From Lama glama (Eukaryota): DNA of 64,000 bases. Positions 11,740 to 23,284 of the stretch are shown here, in pieces; the stretch's first letter is position 1, and each line of letters starts with the position of its first letter. The notes under the pieces were generated by a model. The model saw only the letters and a program-made list of their open reading frames with translations, was not told where the DNA came from and searched no databases. Made by a program: the position numbers and the translations under genes. Location: assembly GCA_028534125.1 (NCBI GenBank), contig CM052818.1:30444001-30508000 (forward strand). The letters run 5' to 3'.

Positions 11740-14465
11740 TTTTTAAACTGAGGCATAATTGACATATAAAATTATATTAGTGTATATTGCAAAATGATTA
11801 CCACAATAAGTCTAGTTAACATGTCACCATACAATTACAATTTTTTCCCTTGTAATGAGGTCATTTGAGATCTACTCTCTTAACAACTTTTAAATATGCA
11901 GTAGTTTTTTTTTGCAATACAATATTATTAACTATAATCATTGTGCTGTATATTACATCCCTATGACTTACTTATTTTATATCCAGAACTTTGTGCCTTT
12001 TGACTCATTTCCCCACCCAACATTGCCTGCTTCTGACAACCATCAATCTGTTCTCTTTTATCTGTGAGCTTGGTTTTGCTTTTTGTTTTAGATTACACAT
12101 ATAAATGAGATCATAAGGTATTTGTCTTTCTCTGACTTATTTCACTTAGCATAATGTCCTCAAAGTCTATCTATGTTGTTGCAAATGGCAATATTTTATA
12201 CTTTTCAAAATGACTGAATAATATTGTGCGTGTGTATGTATATCTTTATCCATTGATGGACACTTACATTGTTTCCATATCTTCATCATTGCAAATAATG
12301 CTGCTTTGAACATGGAGGTACACATATCTTTTTGAGTTACTGTTTTCATTTTCTTTAGATAAATACCCAGAAGTGAAATTGCTGGATCATATAGTAGTTC
12401 TATTTTTAATTTTTTGAGGAACCTCTATACAGGTTTACATAATGGCTGTGTCAGTTCATATTCCCTTTAGTAATGCACAGGGGTTCCCTTATCTCCAAGT
12501 CTCCTCCAACACTTTTTTATTGTCTTTTTGATAATAACCATTCTAACGAACGTGAGGTTCATTAATCATGTTCGTTAACCTCATTGTGGTTTAGATTTAC
12601 ATCTCCCTGATGATTAGTGATGTTGAACATCTTGTCACTTACCTCTTGGCCATGTGTATGTCTTCTTTGGAAGAATGTCTATTCAGATTCCATTTTTAAA
12701 TTGGATTGCCTTTCTCCTAGTAAGTTGTATGCGTTCCTTATATATTTTGATTATTAGCTGCTTTATTAGATATGTGGTTTGAAAATATTTTTTCCCACTT
12801 ACTAGGTTGCCTTTTCATTTTGTTGATTTCCTTTGCTGTGCAGAAGTTTTTTAGTTTGTTGTAGCCCACCTTATTTATTTTTGCTTTTGTTGGCATTGCT
12901 TTTGGAGTCAGATCCAAAAAGTCATTGTTAAGACTGAAGTCAATGAACACTTGTGTTTTCTTCTAGGAGTTTTATGGTATCAGGTCTTACTTTTAAGTTT
13001 TAATCCATTTTGAGTTAAATTTTGTGTATGGTGTAAGATAGTGATGAAGTTTCATTTCTGTGCTGGCTTCTATGCATTGGGTAAAACAACCCCCTCTTCC
13101 AGTCTTAAAGGAGTGACCTCATTTAGGAGATAAACCTTATCATTCAACCCTGCCTTAGCTCTTGCTTGTCTCTCCAGTCTTTGTGACAGTTCCTGCAGCT
13201 TATTTTATTTTTAATAACTCCCAATATATGAGGGTATGCCAAGACCAGTCAGTGTCCCAAAGGGGAGTATCTCAGTTAACACCTAGATGCGGGCTGATTG
13301 GGAGCTAAACCCTTATGCAGCAGCTTTTAAAATATGTAAACATATGAAGTCCTGTGGGACCACAAGTATAAGCCTGGTTGCCCACCAGATCCAGGCAATC
13401 TGGAGGTGTCCTCTAGGCAACAGTTGCACAAATCTGTGCTCCAGATGAGTGTATAAGTGGCTCCTTTCTGGGCGGTAGCAGTGAGCTGTAGCAAGGCAGA
13501 GGGAGAGTGTAAAGATGGCATCCCCTGGCTTCTGTTCCCTGAGAGCACCTCTGTATTCTCTAGATGTGTGCTAAACCAGAAGCTTGCCCCTCAGGCTAAA
13601 GTTCTAGGACAAGTGAATAGGCCTCTTCCCCAGAAAGATGAGTGTGTTTTTCAGTCCGCTGTCCTCTCAGTGCCCTGTGGGTGGCAGTCTACTAAGAACT
13701 GTCTCTCTGATTGTTTCAGTCCCAAGGGACCTAGGAATACAAGCCCTTCTGTCCACCAGAGCCAGGTGACCAGAGGGTATTCCCTGGGCAGCAGCTGCAA
13801 AAACTAGGGCACTAGATGGGTACCCCTGGAGATGCTGGTGCTGTGGAGCGTGGCAGAGGGAGAGCGCGAAGGTGGTGCTTGCCAGCCTCTGTCCAGCTGA
13901 GTTTCCCAGCAGGCCCCTCCCCTACAGCCAGTGCTTTAAAATGACCGCATGAAGGCTGGCCCTTTTAAAAGGCTGTTTCTGCTCCGGGCCTTGGGAGGAG
14001 TGAGTGAGTCTGCATGTGGACCAAGTAAGAGCCACTTCTCAGTTTGCTACAGCCCTTTGGTTTTGTGAATGGAGCTCCACTGGTTCCCAAAGCTAGATGT
14101 TTTGGGGGTTTGTCTCTCACGTACAGGTTTTAAAAGTTTGGGTTCCCTGTGTAGAATATGAACCCTTCACTCTTCAGGGAGAAGCTCTGGGCTTGTGAAT
14201 TCCTCCCTAGTTGTGGGTTGCTGCTTTGGGGATGGGTTTTATTGTTACACTGGGTCTCAGTGTCTCCTGCCCATGTCCATGTGGCCTTTTTCTTGTTTAC
14301 CTGTTGTAAAGGAATTGCTTAGCTAGTTTGGGGGTTTTTTTTTTGTTGTTGTTGTTTTGTTTGTTTGTTTGTTTTTGGTCTTTTTCAGAGGAAATTGTTC
14401 CTTATGTAGCTATGGATTCAGTGTATTCATGGGAGGGAGTAAGTTCAGGATTTTGAATTACCTCT
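11740..14465 (-). mobile_element. Older L1 (L1MA9-like lineage): 3'UTR + ORF2 C-terminus (to ~13056) fused to the 5'UTR (~13057-14465)
   Basis: ORF-track fragments 12167-12349 and 12738-12950 resemble the ORF2 C-terminus. The 5'UTR is homologous to 25945-26460 and, inverted, to 51682-52308. Confidence 0.8.
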
Positions 14466-16098
14466 CATTGATTTTTAAATACTATTTTTTGATGAATTGG
14501 TTCTCTAGACTGGTTGACCAAGAGCATTTACTAAACTAATGACAAACTAATGGTGGCATGGTCATCTCTGTGATATACTGTGTTTCATGAACACCACTGA
14601 GTTTTCAAAAAGAGGAGCAATAAGTAACTCTTGGAAATAGAAACTGCTTATTGCCATCCACTTACAGCATCATATGTACAATGGGAGAAAAATGTCCATC
14701 CTAACAGTGTTTTGCAGAGTCCTTCCATATTGTTTAAAAGTTTGTAAGAGTTTTGTGCTTGATTTTAGACTCCATACATGAAAAAAGGAGAAAAACATTA
14801 AGAGTAAGCGGCACACATGAATGATGATTTGAGGAAATAGGATTTGGAGGAAGAATTAGGAAAATCTAACTTGTGCAGCTTTAGGAGCTGAGCACACAGT
14901 CATGGGAAGTTTTGGTGAAGAAGAGGGGATGTAACTTCATCAAGAATGGTTTAGGTGAGATTCTGCCCAGGGAGTTGCAAAGATTAGCTCCCGGTGAGAT
15001 TGTAGAATTCATTATTAAGGGTAATACCACAAGCCCTTTAGTGTGGTGTATGTTGTGGGTGTGGAATGGGAGGAAAGCATGAAAGAATATACCTCAAAAG
15101 AAAAGTTTTTGAACCATTGCTTTACCTTAAGTTCACTTCTATAAGCAGGATAGATTTTAACTTGGCAGATGGCCTTTAGGCCATGTAATGTAATACAAAT
15201 TATTCAAATACTAGAGATTATGTGTGTGAAACTCTAGACATTTCAGTGGAAATTGGTAAGTGATGTAAAAATACAGTTTTTGAAAATGCAAAAGTTTAAA
15301 GTGTTTTGCTTTGTTTTTTTCCTTGAACAGAATCCCTTAGAACCACTTTGAAGTTTGGGGAAATCTGAGTTAGTGATTTTGATATAGAAAAATCTTAACT
15401 TTTACCTCATTAAAATTTAAAAGAGATGTTTGTATTAAAGTCCTTCAGTTTTACTTTTTGGTAATGAATTGATATTCTTTAATCTGGCACAGAAATCAAG
15501 ACATCTGCAGTTCTGATTCTCAGGAAAGTAATGTCATTTTAAAACTGTTAGCTGTGCTTTTTAAATAACAGTGTTCTTAAACAGCTTTTCTTTCTTGGCA
15601 ATACTCTTACAATTTCTTTTAAAATGTCACATAACATTTAAAATCTTCTTTTTTGGTAAAAGCTTTTGATAAGCATTATGTGTATATTATATACTTAGTT
15701 GTTGAAAATGATGCGAAGCCTTGTAATATTCAGCCAATTTGAGGCTATATTACAGGGCAGATCTCATTATAGAAATTACTGTTTGAAATAAAATCTGCAT
15801 ATCAACACAATTTAAACAGTATACAAACAGTAGGCATTTAGTAAATGAGATGGCTGTCGACTAAAGAGACCTTTGTCTTCTACCAGCCTCCCAGAAATTC
15901 ATATACACAGACTGCTGGTGTCCTTGGGGCAGTGTCTTTTTGGGTAGCCGACCCCCTGTCAGCACTCTGGCACTTTGTAAAACTGTCTTCAAAACTTGTA
16001 GGATATTCTTTTTGAGAAGGACAGGAAACATGTTGGGATGTTTAAGAAATTAGGTTTTTGTCAAATCACCTGTACCTATGAAATTAAATTTAATTTGA

Positions 16099-16212
16099 TT
16101 TTTAAAAATAGACTTCTAAAGAGAAGTTTTAGGTTCATAGAAAGATTGAGCCAAAAGTGCAGAGCTCCCGTGTATCCCGTCCCTGCCATGTGCATAGCCA
16201 TTCCCATTATCA
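16099..16212 (-). mobile_element. L1MC-type 3' terminus
   Basis: tttttaaaaatagac...agttttaggttcatagaaagattgagc...cagagctccc...tgcatagccattcccattatca. Confidence 0.75.
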
Positions 16213-16217
16213 TGGCC

Positions 16218-19200
16218 TGAAACCACAGCAAGGGACATTATAATCAAATTGCTGAAAATCATTGATGCAAAGAAAATCTGAAACCAGAGGAAGAAAAGAC
16301 ACAGTAAGCACAGAGAAACAAAGAAAAGAATGACAGCTGACTTTCTAGGCACTATGCAGGCTGTAACACAACGAATGCCTTTAAAGCACTGAAACGATAA
16401 CCAAAAAACCTAACCTAAAAATTTTGACCCAAGAAAACACTTCTTAAAATTGAAGTTGAAATAAACAGCTTTTCAGACAAAAGGTGAGATAATCCAAAAA
16501 AATTTTCCTAGCAGGAAGGAAAAATAACAAAAACTTCCCAGATAGTTGGACCCACACATATATGTGAGTAAATAAAAAGGTTTATTTCTTCTCACTGTTA
16601 AATATTATGGAATAATTTATTATGTAGAGCAAAAATATTTAAGAAATTAGTTTAGATTTTTGTCAGATCACCTGTACCTATGAAATTTAATTTAAATTTA
16701 ATTTGATTTTTAAAAATAGACTTTTAAAAAGAAGTTTTAGGTTCATAGAAACATTGAGCCAAAAGTACAGAGTTCCCTTGTATCCCTTCCCTGCCATAAT
16801 GCATGTGAGGTTTATAGCATATGTAGAAGTAAAATGTCTAAAAGTGCTATCACGAAGTGTGGGAATGGGGGATGGAAAGTACGCATTTTATTAGGTTCTT
16901 ACAGTATATGTGAAGTAGTAGTATTCAAATATTATTTGAAGACTGACTATATGTTGTAAACTTTAGCAATTACTAAGGTAAAATAACAAAATAAAGAAAT
17001 ACAGCTAATTAACCAATAGTGGAAATAAAATAGGATTATTAAAAACAAACAAACAAACCAACCTTAACCCAAAATAAGTCAGGAAAAGCTAAAGAAGAAA
17101 GGAACAAAGAACACATGAGACAAATAGAAACAACTATGAAAAAAGTAGGTTTTAATTTAACCATATGAATAATTATATTAAAGGAAAGTGGTCTAAACAC
17201 CACAACTAAAAGGTGATATTGTCAGGTTGGTTAAAAAAGCAAGACCCAGTCATATGCAAACAGTAATCCAAAACTGGAGTGGCTGTGTTAGTCACATAAA
17301 GTATACTTCAGAATAACAAATTTTACTATGGATAATGAGGGACATTTAATTATGACAGACTGGTTAATTCATCAAGAGGAAATAAGAATCTTAACTCTTA
17401 ATATAAAGCTTCAAAATATATAAATCACAAGCTGATAGAATGGAAAGGGGAGCTAGACATCCACAATCATAGTTGGCTACTTCAGAAGATCTTTTTCATA
17501 ATTGATGGAATGAGTTGAGAGGTCGGTAAGGATATAGAAGACTTGGACAGTACTGTTAACCAACTTAATCTAATTGACATTTAAAGATCACCTCACCTGA
17601 CAGTAGCAGAATATACTTTCTTTGAAACTCACATGGAACATTTACCAAAATATGTCATATGCTAGGCCATAGAACAAATCTCAGTAAGTTTAAGAAGGTT
17701 GAAATCATTCAAAGCTTTTTTTTCCCCCATCACAGCAGAATTAAGCTAAATAGAGTTGTCTGGACCAACTTCAAATATTGGAAGATTAAACAACTTACTT
17801 TTAAATAATAAGTCATGGAAGAAGTATTTTGGGCTGAATGAAAAGGCAAAATTTATGGCATCTAGCTAAAGCAGTGTTTAGAGAAAAATTTTAATTCTCA
17901 TTTTGGAAAATAGAAGAGATCTCAAGTTAATAATCTAACCTTCCACTTTTAGAAACTAGAAAAGGAAGAGCAAAGAAACCCAAAGTATAAAGATGAAAAG
18001 CAAAGATAAGAGCAGAACTCAATGATACAGAAAACAAACAAAAATAAATGGACTCAAAACTGATTTTGTGAAAGAACAATATAATTTCTATCCAAGTAGG
18101 TCAGAAGAGTGGAAACACAAATAATTAATAACAAGAATTTAAGAGGGGACATCATTACAGATCTACAGATGCTAAAATAAAGAAATAGTATGAATAGTTT
18201 CTTTCCAGTAAATTTGACAACTTAGGTGAAAAGGACAGTTCTTTGAAAGACACAACTGCCAAAGCTTGCTCAAGAAACTAGATAACTAAAAATTAGTCTT
18301 ATCCTTTAAAGGAATTACAGTTAAACACTTCCCACCAAGAATATTTCTGGCTTAGGTGACTTCACTGGTAAATTCTACTGAGCACTTGGGAAAGAAACAA
18401 CACGTGTTTTAAACTCAAGAAATGGAACATTAGGGAATATTTCCCAAATTATATGAGTCCAGCATTACCCTGATACCAAACAAAACCAAAACACAACCAA
18501 ACAAAAATTCAGAAAAACTTATTACAAGAAAAACTATAGCCCAATATCCCTCATGAACACTGATGCAAAAATTCTTAAGAAAATTTTAGCAAACTGAATT
18601 CAACAATGTATGAAGACATGATAGCATCATGGTGGCTGGGTGTGTTTTATCTCAGGAATACAAACTTAGTTAACATTTAAGAATCAGCCAATCAGAGAAA
18701 AATAAATATTCTGTGATTTAACTTATAAGTGGAATCTAAAAAAATAATTGAACAAACAAAACAGAAAAAGACTCAAGATACAGAGAACAGACTGGTGGTT
18801 GCTGGAAAGGAGGCAGGTGGAGGAATGGATGAAAGGTGAAGGGGGTTAAGTACAAACTTCAAGCTGTAAGGTCAATGTTACAGTGATGTACACATGGAGA
18901 ATACAGGCAATCATATTGTAACAACTTTGTATGGTGACAAGTGGTAACTGATCTTACTGTACTGATCATCTCACGCTATATAAAAATATCGAGTCAGTAT
19001 ATTGTACACCTGAAACCAATATAATACTGTATGTTAACTATAACTCAATTTAAAGAATCAGTCAATTTAATTCGTGGTATTAATAGAATAAAGAAAATCA
19101 TATGAACATCTCCGTATGTGTGGAAAACCCATCTGACACCCATTTAAGGTCAAAATCATCTGTGAACTAAGAATACAAGAGAACTTCTTCAGCCTGATAA

Positions 19201-19830
19201 AGGATGTCTACGGTAAACCTACAACTGACATCATACTTGATGGTGAAAAACTGAATACTTTCCCCCAAGAATAGGAAAGTCAAGGATGTCTGCTCTAATT
19301 ATTTTTGTTCATCTTCCTACTGAAGGTTTTCAACAATTCAGTAAGACACAAAAAAGCAAATAAAAAAGCATACAGATTTCAAAGGAAAGAATGAAATTGG
19401 CTTTCTATGTGAATTGTATGATTGTCTAGAAAATCCTTAAAAATCTTGAGAAAAAAAAAAAAAGCCCCTGGAAATAATAAATAAATTTAACCAGCTTGCA
19501 GAATTCAAAGTCAATATACAATGTTCAATTTTATTTCTGTGAAAAAAAATTTTATTTCTGTGTACTTGTAATTAATGATTGGAAATTGAAATTAATATTA
19601 TTCAAAGCAGTATTAAACTATAAAACACTTAGAAGTAAACTTAAAAAAATACTACCTTACCTGTACACTGAAAAATCCACAATATCGCTTAGTGAAACTA
19701 AGATTGAAGCTCATGGAGATACATATACCATGTTACTGAATTAAAAGTCTCACCATTATTAAGATGTTAATTATAACAAAATTTATGTATTGGATCAGTG
19801 AATTTTCAGTCAACATCCAAGCAGAGTTTT
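16218..19830 (+). mobile_element. Old L1 (L1M4/L1MC-like): ORF1 C-terminus, spacer and ORF2 EN to RT, degenerate
   Basis: Colinear L1 motifs: ataatcaaattgctgaaa, aagcaagacccag, ccagcattaccctgatacca, ccaatatccctcatgaacactgatgcaaaaattct, caaggatgtctgctct. Interrupted at 16638-16797 and 18693-19052. Confidence 0.9.
18693..19052 (+). mobile_element. Nested 5'-truncated L1 3' end
   Basis: gtggaatctaaaaaa...cagagaacagactggtggttgc...ttgtacacctgaaaccaatataatactgtatgttaacta. TSD aagaatcag(c/t)caat at 18679-18692 and 19053-19066. Confidence 0.88.
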
Positions 19831-19835
19831 TTCCC

Positions 19836-20118
19836 CCTAGCTTTCTTTCTATGTAATTGACATACAACATTCTGTAAGTTTAAGGTATACAACATGATGA
19901 TTTGACACATGTATATGTTATAAAATGATACCACAATAAGGTTAATTAACACATCCATCATTTCATATAATTATCTTGTGGTGAGAACGTTTAGGATCTA
20001 ATTCCTTAGCAACTTCTAAGTATGTAATACACTGTTAGCAACTGTAATCACCATGCTATACATTAGATCCCCAGAACTTACTCATCTTATAACTGTAAGT
20101 TTTATCATTTGACAAATA
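19836..20118 (-). mobile_element. L1MA9-like 3' end
   Basis: taattgacatacaacatt...gtttaaggtatacaacatgatgatttgac...catgctatacattagatccccagaacttactcatcttataactg. Confidence 0.85.
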
Positions 20119-20377
20119 TGTTACTTACAAGTAATTATGCCATTGTTCTTTTCAAGTTTTGGGGAACTACAAACTCTTAACTATCTGGCTGGGTAACAGC
20201 ATAGACAAGTCTTTCAAAAGACTGAACAAGGTGACCAAAGTCTTCCATCTCAGAGGGTAGTTAGTGATGCATGTAGTTTTCCTAAATATTTACATCTTGT
20301 TCATATTCTTTCACTTACTAATGCAGAATATTATTCAAATATTTACTTGAAATTTTAAAATTTCAAACATTGAATTG

Positions 20378-20561
20378 AAATTTTTGACATGTGGTTCAAA
20401 GATGACTCGCATCAGAATTAGCTTGGGTGTTTATTAAAATTATATGTTTCTAGGCTCCAAACCAGAGCCATTGAATTAGAATTCTCTGAGGATGGTCTGG
20501 GAATCCTAACTCTTAGCAATCTTCCCATCAGAATTTATACATTGATGTTTGAGAACTACTG
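20378..20561. mobile_element. MER5A-like hAT DNA transposon
   Basis: gcatcagaattagcttggg...gaattagaattctctgaggatggtctgggaatc...gtttgagaactactg. Confidence 0.75.
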
Positions 20562-21117
20562 AAGGGATTACAAAATGTATACAATTGGGAATGTGAGGAA
20601 ATTAATGTTACTGTATCAGATATTAGATATCCTTAACATCTACAGTTTTCATACACAAGAGTATATTTTCCTGAAATAGGTTGTAAGTCAGTGATATAAA
20701 TGAATCTGATTTCCTATAAAAGGAAATATTGCTGAATATTCATATTGCTGAATATGGACTTGTCCAACTTTTGTAGAAATATTAATGGTAGTAAATCAAC
20801 TCAAAATTTCTACTTCACTGTAAAGGCCCTTTACATCTTGTTTATGACAGTCATTAATCACAAAATTTTATTTTAATGAATTTATTACAGAGTTTCCTAG
20901 AAAAGAGATTGCATGATGCTTGGCATCCAGAGTAGAGGATATTTTTGAGAAGAGTCTAAAAGTACAACATGACTTGCTTCAGGTAGATGTTTGGAGAACA
21001 GTTTCAAACTGAAGTCCAGGCCTGACAGTTAGGAAAGACTTGCTTTTTTTCAACCAAAAGAGGCAAAGAAAGCTCATTTTGGGACTTGGGAATCATTGTT
21101 GTAAATTGTTGGTTTTT

Positions 21118-21300
21118 GAGTCAAATATTAATCTGGAGTCTAACCTTGGATGAATTACTTAATTTCTTTTATGGTGTTTCCTAATCTGTAAAATTGAAAC
21201 AGTAATAATAGTTTCCTTTTAATATTGTGAAATGAGATAGTGTGTGTGCTGTGGTAGGCAAGGAACTGGCATATGCAGAATATTTGATCAATTATTATTT
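21118..21300 (+). mobile_element. MIR SINE
   Basis: accttggatgaattacttaatttct...gtttcctaatctgtaaaattgaaacagtaataatag core. Confidence 0.7.
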
Positions 21301-22324
21301 TATTTGATACAAACTTTCATTGAGAATCCTTTGTGTACTAGACCCTGGAAATGGGGAGTAAAAACTAGTCTAGAAAAGCTAGTCTGAAAGTATCTTGACG
21401 AATTCTTTTTGGGTTTTATTATAAAGATTTAAATACAAAGATTTAATTGCAGGCTGATCCAAGAAAATTAAAAGGGAAGCCCTGGAAGCAGCCAAGTCAT
21501 GCTTGATCAAAGAAACTGGAAAGCCTGACACTGCCTATTACTTCTGTCTCTAACCATTTTGTTCCCACTGTATTAAAACAGTTGATGCATCTTAATATTG
21601 GAATTGTGAGGAAGGAGAAGGGAAAGGGACATAGAATTTCTTCTTGAAAGAGTCACTGTCATGCCCTAGGGACCATGTTTTCTCACTGAGAGAAGCTAAG
21701 CACCTCATTTGGGGTCGATAGTACTCACAACTGCAGTCTTAGCACCAGGCACCAAGCAACTGAACTCAAGTAACTGCATATTCTAAACAAAAGGTGCAAA
21801 GAAAATAGCTTTAGAAAAGAAATAACATTCTCAGCCTTTCGTTAATGTACTTAGTACGTTATTATAGAGTACTCACTAAATGCCAAGTTTTTTTGCCTTA
21901 AAAAATGAGAAAGGCATATGCTCTGGCTGCTTGCAGCACCCAGTCTAGAAGAGGCAGCAAGTTAACTTGAGGAAAGGTAGACTCTCCCTAAAAGGAACTA
22001 CACTGTAATGTATATTGCTCATGGGCTAAGTGCTGTCCATTTTGAAAAACCAGAGGTAACCGAAACCTACCTGCAAGACTCTTCTTATGCCCTCAGAGGG
22101 AGAATGAAAGGGCAAAGACCAGGAGGATTCTAGGGCTGACATCCTGTCATAGAAAGAGACATTAAATCACGACGAGGACTGGCTCAAAGTTGCTCACCTA
22201 AGATTTGTCATATTTTCTACCTTAATAGTCTTGAAGGACGTCTGTGTCAACATGTACTCCAAGTGAATAACATCTAAACTAACTTAACCATCCAATCAAT
22301 CTATTTTAGAAAATCCTTTAAAGG

Positions 22325-22535
22325 CAGTGATTGAGTGCTCCAGCTTCAGAGTCAGATACCTGCATTTGAATTTTAACTTTTGCAGTGATAACATATATAG
22401 TTAAATTTTTAACCCTCCCCCCCCTTTTTTGGTGTGTGAACTAGGGATGAAGATATAGAATTATTTGTAGTTGATGAAAATAAATGTTTAAAATGCTTAG
22501 CACAATACTTGACATGTAAGTTTTCAATAAATATT
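22325..22535 (+). mobile_element. MIR SINE
   Basis: cagagtcagatacctgcatttgaatt...aaaatgcttagcacaatacttgacatgtaagttttcaataaat. Confidence 0.65.
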
Positions 22536-22570
22536 TACTAATACTGAGCTATATCCTAATAGCCATTCTT

Positions 22571-22708
22571 GGAGGGAGGGAAGGAGGCAGGTAGGGAGCA
22601 AGGCAGGCAGGCAGGCAGGCAGGAAGGGAGGAGGGGAGGAAAGAAGGAAGGAAAAAGTAGGAAGGAGGGGCAAAAGAAAGGGAAAATAAAAAGAATGAAA
22701 GAAAAAAA
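22571..22708. repeat. GA-rich low-complexity tract with (GGCA)n/(GGAA)n
   Basis: ggagggagggaaggaggcag...ggcaggcaggcaggcagg...aagaaggaaggaaaaa. Confidence 0.9.
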
Positions 22709-23284
22709 CAGTCAATACACTAGGTGTCAGCATTGTGCTTCAAGTAGTCATGTACACAAAATGCCTACTCTGATTTTATTTTGAGGTTATCCAAGTTGAA
22801 CTGTCTTGAAATAGATACTTAAGCCAACCTGGAAAATTTAGACATAAAGCTGCAAAAGAAGGATGTAACAGTGTATTAGCTTAGACCACTGTGCATCAGT
22901 TATCTTTCAGACTGGCAAGCTGTTGAAAGTGAGAGCTGCCTATCTCATTTGACCCCTGCTATCTCCATAAACTCAGCAAAGCAGAAACTTAAAATAATCT
23001 CATCTTTGTCTAGGATGCTAGCATTTTTCTCATCTCTAGGCTTCAAGTCTTGGAGTAATTTTCAAGGAAGAACTGTGTTTGAATCCTGCATTTACTACTT
23101 ATTAGCAATGTAAATAATGATCATCTCTGTCTTACCGACTACACAAGGTCATCAGAATGACATTTGAAATATAAATATTTTTTAAAGAACCTTACTGAAA
23201 TGCAAGGCATTCTTATTATTCTGTACATTTAGCAAATATTAAGAAACAAATGGAAGGAGACATGGGGGAAGAGTTGACCTAGAA

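Noticed and set aside
13457..13807. 116-aa ORF
   Set aside because: Antisense to an old L1 5'UTR, no ATG start, no known domain.
20727..20756. Short tandem duplication atattgctgaatat (similar case at ~61083-61112)
   Set aside because: Common slippage-type duplication with nothing further to interpret.
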